The translations under genes were made by a program, and so were the position numbers. The notes below the pieces were generated by a model. That model was given only the letters and a program-made list of their open reading frames with translations. It had not been told where the DNA came from and did no database searches. Shown in pieces: positions 47,792 through 58,100 of a DNA stretch of 64,000 nucleotides. The stretch's first letter is position 1. Each line of letters begins with the position of its first letter. Location: NCBI GenBank assembly GCA_965205485.1, contig OZ242180.1, forward strand, positions 4,160,001 through 4,224,000, read 5' to 3'. Origin of the DNA: Candidatus Latescibacterota bacterium. GTDB taxonomy: Bacteria; Latescibacterota; UBA2968; GCA-2709665.

Positions 47792-49024
47792 ATGGTCCAG
47801 CGAATCATCGCCATCGGCTTAATTTTTGTGTGTATTTCAGTCGCCTGGCTCATTCTGGGACAGACCATCCACATGCGCACGCTGGAACAGGACGGCAAGC
47901 TCAAAGACGCCGTGGGGCAACTCTGGGGCACGGCCCAGACCCAGCAGGCCCCGCAGATTTACCGGCTGGAACGCGTCACACGAGTGGAACCCGGCGAGGA
48001 CGGTCAGGCCGTCACTCGTACGGTGGACGAAAAGCACTTTCATAGCCTGGACGCCAGCCGCATCGACGTCGACCTGTCCCTGGAGTACCGGCGAAAGGGC
48101 TTGTTGTGGTATTCGACTTACAGGGTCCAATTCGCCGCATCGTACACCCTGTCCAACCCAACCGACCGGAGTCTCAGACTCTATTTCGATCTGGAGTTGC
48201 CCGCCCATCGCGCCGTGTATGACGACTTCACCCTGAGCGTAGACAGCCTGCGGATCGCCGAGGTCCCGGTCCGAGCCGGCCATCTGGTCCAGCCTGTCGA
48301 TCTCGCGCCCGGCCAGTCGGTTCCCGTCTACGTGTCCTATCGCTCCCGGGGCCTGGACGAGTGGCGCTACAGTTTCGGAGAAGACGTCAACCAGATGACG
48401 GACTTTGAACTCATGATACGAACAGACTTCGACGCGATCGACTTTCCCGCCGACAGCGTATCCCCCACTTCCAAGACCCGGACGGGCAACGCGTGGACGT
48501 TGAAGTGGCGATACGATCATCTCCTGACCGGCGTCGATCTGGGCATGATCATGCCGGCCCGCCTCAACCCGGGGCCATGGGTCAGACAGGTTGTCCTCGC
48601 GGCGCCGATATCCCTCTTCCTGTTCTTCTTCCTGCTCTTTGTCTTTACCACCGTGCGCCGCCTCGACCTGCACCCGATGCATTACTTCTTCATCGGGGCC
48701 GCGTTCTTCAGCTTCCACCTGCTGCTGGCCTATCTCGTCGACCACCTGCTCATCCATTACGCGTTTGTACTCGCCTCCGCGGTCTCGATATTCCTCGTCA
48801 CGTCGTACATGCGCCTGGTCGTGGGCACGCGCCTGGCCTTTGTTGAAATCGGCGCGGGACAGTTCGTCTACCTGGTTCTTTTCTCCTATACCTTTTTCTT
48901 TATCGGTTACACCGGCCTGGCCATAACGGTTTTGTGCATCGCCACCCTTTTTGCGGCCATGCAGTTCACCGGACGTACCGACTGGAACGCGGTTTTCGAA
49001 AGGAAGGCCGCACCGTCGGATTGA
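47792..49024 (+). CDS. CreD-like inner membrane protein
   Basis: N-terminal TM, periplasmic domain, C-terminal TM bundle with LHPMHYFFIG..FF.FHLLLAYL.DH. Confidence 0.75.
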   Translation: MVQRIIAIGLIFVCISVAWLILGQTIHMRTLEQDGKLKDAVGQLWGTAQTQQAPQIYRLERVTRVEPGEDGQAVTRTVDEKHFHSLDASRIDVDLSLEYRRKGLLWYSTYRVQFAASYTLSNPTDRSLRLYFDLELPAHRAVYDDFTLSVDSLRIAEVPVRAGHLVQPVDLAPGQSVPVYVSYRSRGLDEWRYSFGEDVNQMTDFELMIRTDFDAIDFPADSVSPTSKTRTGNAWTLKWRYDHLLTGVDLGMIMPARLNPGPWVRQVVLAAPISLFLFFFLLFVFTTVRRLDLHPMHYFFIGAAFFSFHLLLAYLVDHLLIHYAFVLASAVSIFLVTSYMRLVVGTRLAFVEIGAGQFVYLVLFSYTFFFIGYTGLAITVLCIATLFAAMQFTGRTDWNAVFERKAAPSD

Positions 49025-49106
49025 CGACGACCCGATAAACTCCCCTGCCCTGCTTCTGAAGTTGCATAGTCTTACGACGCCCTCTCTCTTTCCTCTGGAT
49101 CGAACA

Positions 49107-51500
49107 ATGTCTGCACGAGTCCTGATCCGGCAGTGCTTTGGAACGTTTCTGTTCGTCATTCTGGCGTTCTCCGCCGCATGGCCGGGTGTGCCGGGGGACT
49201 TCACCGGTGACGGTCACGTGGGCTTCGAGGACTTCGTCGCCTTCGTCCGCAACTTTGGCACGTCCGCGTCCGATGACGCCTTCGACGAACGTTTCGATCT
49301 GAATCTCGACGGGCGCGTCGGTTTCAGTGACTTCGTTCTATTTGCGGCGGCATTCGGAGCGGCGCGTACCGATCTCCGAGAAGATCCCCTCTACCTGGGC
49401 GAACAGATCAAGCACATCAGCGATCCCGATCTCTTTGCCGCGATGGATCTGAACCGCGCCGGGCTCGAGGCGGTCAAGCGCAACGTGGCTCAGGGAGACT
49501 ACGCCGCCGCCTACAGGGCGTGGGGGGCGTACTGGGACGCCCGATCCGGATTCGACTATATAAACGTCGGCATCCCCTATCGCACCATCGACCAGGCATA
49601 CAAGTACTTCAGCACCAGAAACTACACGGCGGCGGCGGATCGCGTGGCCGCTCACAACATCACCGGATGGGGCGGCGTCACCATACAGCACGGCCCGGTC
49701 GTGGATTTCAACGCGGACTACGGCAGGAGCGGCAAATACGGTTTTCACTACTGGGGTTGGTCGGGGCCGCTGTTGTGGGCGTACCTTGGCACGCGAGACA
49801 CGAAATATCTCGATGTTTTCGACAAACTCTTCAATCAGTGGTACGAACAGCGGGACGACATCGTGGGCGCTTACACGCACCTGGATCCGATCTGGTACGA
49901 ACTCGGGCTCGGGTCGCGCCGGAACCGCGTATTTCTGGAGTTCTACAAGCTGAACCGGGGCCGACTCTCGGTGCAGACTCACGAGCGGATGCTCAAGAAC
50001 TACCTGGGTTCCGCGCGCTGGCTGTACGAGCTGGAAAAACAGGGATACCGGTCGGGCAACTGGCAGGTGATGGGTTCCTACGCCCTGGCGGAACTGGGTA
50101 TCAATCTGCCCGAGTTCAAAGAGGCGGAACGGTGGGTCTCACAGGGCGTTTACCGGATTGAAGAGCATCTCCAGAAGGATTTCTATGAAGACGGCTGCCA
50201 TTCGGAGCGCTGCCCGTCCAGCTATTCCAACATCGTCTATCGCGACCCCCGGAATCTGGCCTTTCTTCTCGAACGTTTCGGAGGCAACGAAGACCGGGCT
50301 GCCGCCCTTCGTCCGCCGCTCGAACGCACGTTGAACCACTGGATGTACCTGATCAGTCCCCTGGGCACACAGCCTGCCGTGAACGACGGCGGACGCGGCC
50401 GTTTCAACCGGGATATTTTCATCGACGGCGGACGCGCCTTCGATCGACCGGACATGCTGTGGGTGGCCAAAAACCTGCTAGGCGCCGGTATCGACGACCA
50501 CGTCGTGCCACCATCCAGAACGTCAATTGATTTCAGACCGTCCGGATTCGCAGTCATGCGCCAGGACTGGACCCGTGAGAGCCCCTATCTGGTCATCAAC
50601 TACGGAGAATACGGCGGAGGTCATTCTCACCCCGATGTCCTCAGCTTCGAACTCTTCGCCTATGGCGATGCGCTGGCCGTCGACGCCGGCATCGGCGTCA
50701 GCTACGACGACCCGCTCCACGGACCTTGGTACAAGACGTCCAGGGCGCACAATATGCTGGTGATAGACGACGCGAACCTGGATCGCAAGATTGCCGTAGG
50801 CCAGAAACCGGTATGGAGCACCCAGGCCGGATTGGACTACTTTTCCGCAGAGCACGAAGGCTATCGATCACGGGGCGTTTCTCATCGCCGGCACATTCTC
50901 TTCCTAAAGCCGGCAGCCGGGACCGATCCCTACTTCCTCGTATTCGATGCCTTCTCCTCCGTCGACGGCGGCAGACGAGCTTCGTTTTTCCTGCATTCCC
51001 CCACGCCGTTGCAGCGTGGCGGAACCGCGGTGTTTTCCACCGAGGCGCCCGGCTTGCTCGTGGCCACGCCGGATGCCCCGTCCGTTCGTCTGGGCACTGG
51101 AATGGCGCACCTCGGGGGCTTACCGAACCAGCGTCCGGCACGGCGGCCCATCCGGTGGGCTTCGCTCGACGTGAGCACGTCGGGCGATGGCCTGACGGAC
51201 GACCTCGCCGTGTTGCTCTTTCCGTTCAGGAGCATGCCGCTGCCAGGCGTGCGAATCCTCCGTGGAGAAAACGATGGGCCCGGCGGCACCGCGTACCTGA
51301 TCGTGGAACACGGCGGCGGCGTGGATCACATCGTCATATCGGACGGAACAGACAGGACGTTTGGGGCAAACGCGATTTCCACCAATGCAATCTGCGCTGT
51401 TGTCAGGACCGATTCCGACGGCGCCTACCTCTCGCACGCGACCGTCTCCGGCACAAGATTAATATTCGGGGACCGGAACCTGGACGTGACATCGCCTTGA
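49107..51500 (+). CDS. Secreted heparinase II/III-like lyase with N-terminal EF-hand/dockerin-like pair (copy 1)
   Basis: Signal peptide; GDFTGDGHVGFEDF and DLNLDGRVGFSDF; GNWQ, DGCHSE...SY, SGFAVMR, GHSHPDVLSF, DAG, AHN, HRRHILF. Confidence 0.85.
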   Translation: MSARVLIRQCFGTFLFVILAFSAAWPGVPGDFTGDGHVGFEDFVAFVRNFGTSASDDAFDERFDLNLDGRVGFSDFVLFAAAFGAARTDLREDPLYLGEQIKHISDPDLFAAMDLNRAGLEAVKRNVAQGDYAAAYRAWGAYWDARSGFDYINVGIPYRTIDQAYKYFSTRNYTAAADRVAAHNITGWGGVTIQHGPVVDFNADYGRSGKYGFHYWGWSGPLLWAYLGTRDTKYLDVFDKLFNQWYEQRDDIVGAYTHLDPIWYELGLGSRRNRVFLEFYKLNRGRLSVQTHERMLKNYLGSARWLYELEKQGYRSGNWQVMGSYALAELGINLPEFKEAERWVSQGVYRIEEHLQKDFYEDGCHSERCPSSYSNIVYRDPRNLAFLLERFGGNEDRAAALRPPLERTLNHWMYLISPLGTQPAVNDGGRGRFNRDIFIDGGRAFDRPDMLWVAKNLLGAGIDDHVVPPSRTSIDFRPSGFAVMRQDWTRESPYLVINYGEYGGGHSHPDVLSFELFAYGDALAVDAGIGVSYDDPLHGPWYKTSRAHNMLVIDDANLDRKIAVGQKPVWSTQAGLDYFSAEHEGYRSRGVSHRRHILFLKPAAGTDPYFLVFDAFSSVDGGRRASFFLHSPTPLQRGGTAVFSTEAPGLLVATPDAPSVRLGTGMAHLGGLPNQRPARRPIRWASLDVSTSGDGLTDDLAVLLFPFRSMPLPGVRILRGENDGPGGTAYLIVEHGGGVDHIVISDGTDRTFGANAISTNAICAVVRTDSDGAYLSHATVSGTRLIFGDRNLDVTSP

Positions 51501-51651
51501 GGCGAACGCGTCCCGTTTCCGGTGGCGCGAAAACGCGACGACGACAGGCGTGCCCTCGAGCGGTTGTCTTTCGATCGTCTCAGTGGCGAACGTTCCAGCG
51601 ATCCGCTCGAACCGGCCGGATTCTCCACCGCAAAGACCATCGGAATTCCCA

Positions 51652-54054
51652 ATGACCGGAAAAGTCGCGCATGGGATGTGGTTGAGCCTGCTTGCGGCGG
51701 CCCTGCTGATGGTTGCCGATGCCGATTCCGGTGTGCCCGGTGACTTCACCGGAGACGGTCACGTGGGCTTCGAGGACTTCGTCGCCTTCGTCCGCAACTT
51801 TGGCACGTCCGCGTCCGACGACGCCTTCGACGGACGATTCGATCTGAATCTCGACGGGCGCGTCGGTTTCAGTGACTTCGTTCTGTTTGCGGCGGCTTTC
51901 GGAGAGGCGCGTACCGACCTCCGTGAAGATCCCGTCTACCTGGACGAGCAGATCAAGCACATCAGCGATACCGATCTCTTTGCCGCGATGGATCTGAACC
52001 GCGCCGGGCTGGAGGACGTGAAGCGCGCCGTCGACCAGGCGGACTACGACGCTGCGTACAAAGCCTGGGGTACTTACTGGGACACCCGACCGGGATACGC
52101 CTATATCAACGCCGTCATCCCCTCTTTCACCGTGGAAGAGGCCTTCCGGTTCTTCAGTACGAGATCCTATACCGCGGTGGCTGACCGTGTTGCCGCCCAC
52201 AATATCACGGGATGGGGCGGCGTCAACATCCAGCACGGACCGGTCGTGGACTTCAATGCGGACTACGGCAGCGGCGGGAAATACGGTTTTCACTACTGGG
52301 AGTGGTCCCAGCCCCTGCTGTGGGCTTACCTGGGCACGCGGAACACGAAGTATCTGGACGCTTTCGACCAACTCTTCAACCAGTGGTACGAACAACGTGA
52401 CGACGTCGTGGGCGCCGACGCGGACAAGCATCCGATCTGGTATGAACTGGGACTCGGAGCACGCCGGAACCGTGTATTTCTGGAGTTTTACCGTCTGAAC
52501 CGCGGAAGGCTCACCGCAGCGACCCACGAACGGCTCCTGAAGAACTTCCTGGGATCGGCGCGCTGGCTGTACGAACTGCAAAAGCAGGGGTACCGTTCGG
52601 GCAACTGGCAGGTGATGGGCTCCTACGCCCTGGCGGAACTGGGCCTCAACTTCTCCGAGTTCCGGGAAGCCGGCCGCTGGGTCTCACTCGGCGTTCACAG
52701 GATCGAGGAGCATCTGTCAAAGGACTTCTACGAAGACGGCTGCCATTCCGAACGTTGCCCGTCGAGCTACTCCAATGTCGTCTATCGCGATCCGAGGAAT
52801 CTCGCCCACCTTCTGGAGAAGTTCGGCGGTCACGAGGAGCGGGCGGCCGGCCTGCGCCCGCCTCTCGAACGGACCCTGAATCACTGGATGTACCTGATCA
52901 GCCCGCTGGGCACCCAACCCGCGGTCAATGACGGAGGCCGGGCGCGGTTCGACCGGGACGTCTTTGTGGACGGCGGGCGCATCTTCGACCGGCCTGACCT
53001 TCTGTGGGTCGCCAGAAATCTGCTCGGGGCCGACATTGACGACAACGCCGAACCGCCTTCCAGGACGTCAATCGACTTCCGTCCATCGGGATTCGCCGTC
53101 ATGCGTATGGACTGGACACGGGAAAGCCCATATCTGGTTGTCAATTACGGCGACTGGGGCGGCGGGCATTATCACTACGACATTCTCAGTTTCGAAATGT
53201 TCGCGTACGGCACAGCGCTTGCCGTCGACGCCGGGCTGGGCGTCAGTTACGACGATCCGCTACACCGGCCCTGGTATATAAGCTCCAAAGCGCACAACAT
53301 GCTCGTAATAGACGACCGGAATCTCGATCGTCGCATCGCCGTGGGCGAGCAACCCATATGGAGCAGCCAGGGAGGCATGGACTACTTTTCCGCAGAACAC
53401 CGGGGATATCGCGCTCTGGGAGTCCGGCATCGGCGGCACCTTCTGTTCGTTAAACCTGTGAGATCCGTGAACGAGACAAAACCCTACTTTCTGATATTCG
53501 ATTCCTTCTCCTCCGTCAATGCCGGCAGAACAGCTTCGTTTTACCTTCATTCCCCGACGCCGCTTCAGCGAGGCGGAACGGCGGTGTTTTCCGCGGAAGC
53601 GCCGGGTTTGCTCGTGGCCACGCCCGATTCCCCGTCCGTTCGCCTGGGTACGGGAATGGCGCATCTCGGGGGCATCCCCGGCCGGTGGCCCGCCCGGCAA
53701 CTCATCCGGTGGGCTTCCCTGGACCTGATCACGTCGGGCGACGGCGTGGTGGACGATCTCGCCGTGTTGCTCTATCCGTTCAGGAGCATGCCGCTGCCGG
53801 GCGTGCGAATCCACCGTGGAGAAAACGAAGGTCCGGGCGGAACCGCGTACCTGATCGTGGAACACGGCGGCGGCACGGATCACATCGTCATATCGGACGG
53901 GAGGCACAGGACGTACGGCGCAAACGACGTGACCACCGATGCAATTTGCGCCGTTGTCAGGACCGATTCCGACGGCGCCTACCTCTCACACGCGGCCGTT
54001 TCAGGCACGAGGCTGATTTTCGGTGATCGGAACCTGGAGGTGCCATCGCCTTGA
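51652..54054 (+). CDS. Secreted heparinase II/III-like lyase with N-terminal EF-hand/dockerin-like pair (copy 2)
   Basis: Collinear paralog of copy 1 with the same motifs; GHYHYDILSF variant. Confidence 0.85.
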   Translation: MTGKVAHGMWLSLLAAALLMVADADSGVPGDFTGDGHVGFEDFVAFVRNFGTSASDDAFDGRFDLNLDGRVGFSDFVLFAAAFGEARTDLREDPVYLDEQIKHISDTDLFAAMDLNRAGLEDVKRAVDQADYDAAYKAWGTYWDTRPGYAYINAVIPSFTVEEAFRFFSTRSYTAVADRVAAHNITGWGGVNIQHGPVVDFNADYGSGGKYGFHYWEWSQPLLWAYLGTRNTKYLDAFDQLFNQWYEQRDDVVGADADKHPIWYELGLGARRNRVFLEFYRLNRGRLTAATHERLLKNFLGSARWLYELQKQGYRSGNWQVMGSYALAELGLNFSEFREAGRWVSLGVHRIEEHLSKDFYEDGCHSERCPSSYSNVVYRDPRNLAHLLEKFGGHEERAAGLRPPLERTLNHWMYLISPLGTQPAVNDGGRARFDRDVFVDGGRIFDRPDLLWVARNLLGADIDDNAEPPSRTSIDFRPSGFAVMRMDWTRESPYLVVNYGDWGGGHYHYDILSFEMFAYGTALAVDAGLGVSYDDPLHRPWYISSKAHNMLVIDDRNLDRRIAVGEQPIWSSQGGMDYFSAEHRGYRALGVRHRRHLLFVKPVRSVNETKPYFLIFDSFSSVNAGRTASFYLHSPTPLQRGGTAVFSAEAPGLLVATPDSPSVRLGTGMAHLGGIPGRWPARQLIRWASLDLITSGDGVVDDLAVLLYPFRSMPLPGVRIHRGENEGPGGTAYLIVEHGGGTDHIVISDGRHRTYGANDVTTDAICAVVRTDSDGAYLSHAAVSGTRLIFGDRNLEVPSP

Positions 54055-54167
54055 AGACGAAAGGCGGATGGCGTTTCGTGAATTTCAGATGAATCCCGCA
54101 ACACCCACCGCTGTTGAGATGCCGATTTCACGCCGCGAACTACCTTAAAGAATTTTGAAATTTTCAC

Positions 54168-54222
54168 TTGACAAAACTCTATATTTGGTATTATAATAGC
54201 AATACCCCACAATATAGGGTCC
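54168..54222 (+). promoter_or_regulatory. Consensus sigma70 promoter of nrdR-nrdJ with two NrdR boxes
   Basis: TTGACA-18 nt-TATAAT (54168-54197); ACTCTATATTTGGTAT (54176) and CCACAATATAGGGTCC (54207) resemble acaCwAtATaTwGtgt and start 31 bp apart. Confidence 0.8.
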
Positions 54223-54286
54223 TTTATCCCGAGGACCCTATATCTGTCCTTATCCCCGCTCTCCGTGTGGTTTCGGGAGAACTCAC

Positions 54287-54751
54287 ATGAGATGTCCCTA
54301 CTGTGGAACAGTGGAGGACAAGGTCGTAGACTCCAGGTCCAGCAAAGAGTCAACGGCCATTCGCAGACGCCGGGAATGTCTGAATTGCGGTCGGAGGTTT
54401 ACCACCTACGAATCCATAGAAGACACGCCGCTGATGGTCGTCAAGTCGGACGGTCGACGCGAACCGTTCGACAAGAACAAGCTCTTTTCGAAGTTGCATC
54501 TCGCATGCAACAAACGACCCATTTCGATGGACCGGCTTGAAGAAATCGCAGACCGTATCGAAGCCAGGCTGAGCGGCACCGGCGAACGTGAGGTTGAGGC
54601 TAACGATATCGGCGAACTGGTGATTAATGAACTAAAGGACCTCGACCAGGTCGCCTATGTCCGTTTTGCATCAGTCTACAGGCAGTTCAAAGACCTGAGC
54701 GATTTCGAAAAGGAACTTCGGCAACTCGCTTCCCCTCAAGCCGGCGGCTGA
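54287..54751 (+). CDS. nrdR: Transcriptional repressor NrdR
   Basis: MRCPYC, KVVDSR, IRRRREC..CG.RFTTYE, ATP cone, DQVAYVRFASVYRQF. Confidence 0.97.
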   Translation: MRCPYCGTVEDKVVDSRSSKESTAIRRRRECLNCGRRFTTYESIEDTPLMVVKSDGRREPFDKNKLFSKLHLACNKRPISMDRLEEIADRIEARLSGTGEREVEANDIGELVINELKDLDQVAYVRFASVYRQFKDLSDFEKELRQLASPQAGG

Positions 54752-55165
54752 ACCGGATTCACTCCCCTCTCGCTGTCGTCACCGGACGCGCCTTTCCCCT
54801 TCAGATGCGTCTCAGGAAGCTGTTTTAAAAACCCCAGCGGCCTTCGCGCGGCTGCAAGTGCGCCGGTCGGCGTTCGTCAAAACCGGCCTTAACGGTGGAT
54901 GAAGGCGGATTCTCCCGTCGGCGCTACGCGCCCCTCGCCCCTCGGCACTGCGCGCCCCTCGTGCCTCTTAACCGCCACTTTTTTGCTCGCGCTCCAGAAC
55001 TTACCAGGAATACAAGGACAACATCCAAATCTTCAATATAGACCGACTGCGGTCCAGCATGAACAGGCGGTGCAGGACCTTTGCGGCTCGAATGCAGTTT
55101 AAAAGTCTGATCCTCATTGCCTTGCCGTTTCAAATCGATTCCAGATTTCCGGAGGAAGTCCACAT

Positions 55166-58100
55166 ATGAAGCTTGAACGCAGGCAGACCACACCCGGCCG
55201 GAATCCGTTGGATCAGGTCGAATACGTAAAGAAAACTTCCGTCATCACCAACCCCGACGGATCTGAAGTCTTTCGCATGGACCACGCCGAAGTCCCGGCC
55301 GAATGGTCCCAGCTGGCAACGGATATCGTCGTATCCAAATACTTCAGAAAACGGGGTGTGCCGGATACCGGACACGAAACTTCCGTGCGACAGGTGATGC
55401 ACCGGGTCGCCCGCACCATCCGCGGGGCCGGGGAGGACCAGGGCGGATATTTCGACTCGCCCGAAGACGCGGACACCTTCGAAGCCGAACTTGCCTACCA
55501 CCTCGTGCATCAAATGGGCGCGTTCAACTCGCCGGTCTGGTTCAACTGCGGGCTGTACCACGAATACGGCATTCAGGGAAGCGGCGGCAACTGGCACTGG
55601 GACAGGGAATGCGTATCCGAAACCGAAGACTCATATTCACATCCGCAGTGTTCCGCCTGCTATATCCAGTCCGTCCAGGACGACACCATGGACATTTTCG
55701 AATTGTTGAAGAGTGAAGTCCGACTCTTCAAATACGGATCGGGCACCGGTACCAACTTCTCCAGGATTCGTGGAAAAATGGAGAAGCTCTCCGGAGGCGG
55801 CGTCTCATCCGGCCTGATGTCCTTTCTGGAAGTCCTCGACCGGGGCGCCGGCGCCATCAAATCGGGCGGGACCACAAGACGCGCCGCCAAAATGGTCTGC
55901 CTGGACATGGATCACCCGGAAATACTCGACTTCATCAATTGGAAAGTAAGGGAAGAGAAGAAGGTCGCCGCACTTATGGCCGCCGGCTACAGTTCGGACT
56001 TTAACGGTGAGGCGTACCAGACCGTTTCCGGACAGAACTCCAACAACTCCGTTCGCGTCACCGACGCATTCATGCAGGCCTGTAAGGATGACGGCGAGTG
56101 GCACACCCGATTGCGCACAACCGGCGAAGTCCACGAAACGCACAGGGCCCGCGATCTCATGCGGCATATCGCGGAGGCCGCCTGGGCCTGTGCCGATCCC
56201 GGTATGCAGTACGACACCACCATCAACCACTGGCACACGTGCGCCGGCACCGACCGTATCTACGGGTCCAACCCGTGTTCGGAATTCATGTTCCTCGACG
56301 ACACGGCGTGTAACCTGGCCTCCATCAACCTCATGAAGTTCCTCAACGAAGATGGCACCTTCGATATCGACGGCTTCCGTTATGCGTGCGAAATCTTTTT
56401 CATTGCCCAGGAAATTCTGGTCGATTTCGCATCCTATCCCACACGGAAGATCGCTCGGAACAGCCACGATTACCGCCCCCTCGGCCTCGGTTACGCCAAC
56501 CTGGGTACTCTCCTGATGGTACAGGGGCTGCCCTACGACAGCGAGGGAGCAAGGGCGATCTGCGCCGCCATCACCGCGGTCATGTGTGGACAGGCCTACG
56601 CTACGTCGGCCCGAATGGCAGCCGACAAGGGTCCATTTCCCGGCTTCGACAAGAACCGCGGCCCCATGCTCAACGTCATGAACATGCACAGGGACGCCGC
56701 TCACAATATCGATGCCCGCGCATGCCCCCGTGAACTGCTTCGCGCCGCACAGGAAGACTGGGACCTGGCGGTCGAACTGGGAGAAAAATACGGCTATCGC
56801 AATGCGCAAGCCACAGTTATAGCGCCAACAGGCACCATCGGCCTGCTGATGGACTGCGACACAACCGGCATCGAGCCGGACTTCGCCCTGGTCAAGTTCA
56901 AAAAGCTCGCCGGCGGCGGCTATTTCAAAATTGTCAACCACGCCGTGCCCAAAGCCCTCGAAAGGCTCGGCTATTCCTCCGATGAGATCTCAGATATCCT
57001 CACCTACCTCAGCGGACGGCTGTCCCTGAAAGGCGCACCACATATCAACGTAGAGTCATTAACCGCAAGAGGTTTCAGCCCCGTGGACCTGGCAAAGGCG
57101 GAGGGTGCGCTACCCGGCGTCCTCGAGCTGGAATTCGCCTTTACGCCCTGGATTCTGGGAGACGGTCTGATGGGACGTTTGGGCTTTTCGTCCGAACAAT
57201 ACAGTGCGCCCGGATTCAACCTGCTTGCCGAACTCGGCTTTACCGGATCACAAATCGACGAAGCCAACGAATTCATTTGCGGTCGTATGACCGTCGAGGG
57301 AGCGCCCCACCTCAAGGATGAACATCTGCCCATATTCGACTGTGCGAACAAGTGCGGCAAACACGGCAGGCGCTTTATCGCACCCAAGGCCCATCTGGGC
57401 ATGATGTCCGCCGCACAGAAGTTTATCTGCGGCGCCATTTCCAAAACCGTAAACGTCCCCAATGAAACCACAGCCGAGGAAATCGAAGACCTTTATATCA
57501 AGGGCTGGGATCTGGGGTTAAAGGCCGTGGCCATCTATCGGGACGGCTCTAAACTTTCTCAGCCCCTTAGTACGGCCACGAAATCCGACGCCGACACCGA
57601 AGCAGCCGAAGCCGAAGAATCGCCCAAGCAATCAGCGGATGTCGGCCACGTTAAGTCAGCACCTGCGCCGGTCACGCTGGCGAGCCGGCCGACAAGACGC
57701 CGGCTCCCGAAAAAACGAAGCGGATTCACGCAGGAAGCGCGTGTCGCCAATCAGAAGGTCTTCCTTCGCACCGGTGAATACGAGGACGGCACCCTCGGGG
57801 AGATCTTCATCGACATGAGCAAGGAAGGAGCGCCTTTCCGCGCCATGCTGGACTGTTTCGCCATTGCCGTCTCCAAGGGCCTTCAACACGGCGTACCTCT
57901 CGAAGAGTTCGTGGACCGCTTCACCTTTACCCGTTTCGATCCCTGGGGTACCGTCGACCATCCCAATATCAAATTCGCCACCTCCGTTGTCGATTACATC
58001 TTCCGCGTCCTGGGCTACGAATATCTCGGGCGGACCGATTTTCTGCAGGTTAAACCGGAAGATATCGCATCCGATATCAACGATCATCACGATCTGGAAA

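Noticed and set aside
54752..55165. Cobalamin riboswitch upstream of B12-dependent nrdJ
   Set aside because: I could not find the AGGGAA or GCCACTG/B12-box motifs in a plausible arrangement; an Rfam scan would be definitive.
56940..57360. Intein in the long NrdJ
   Set aside because: No intein N-terminal block, HN-C/S/T junction or LAGLIDADG motif; the extra segment resembles the ordinary insertion of long class II RNRs.
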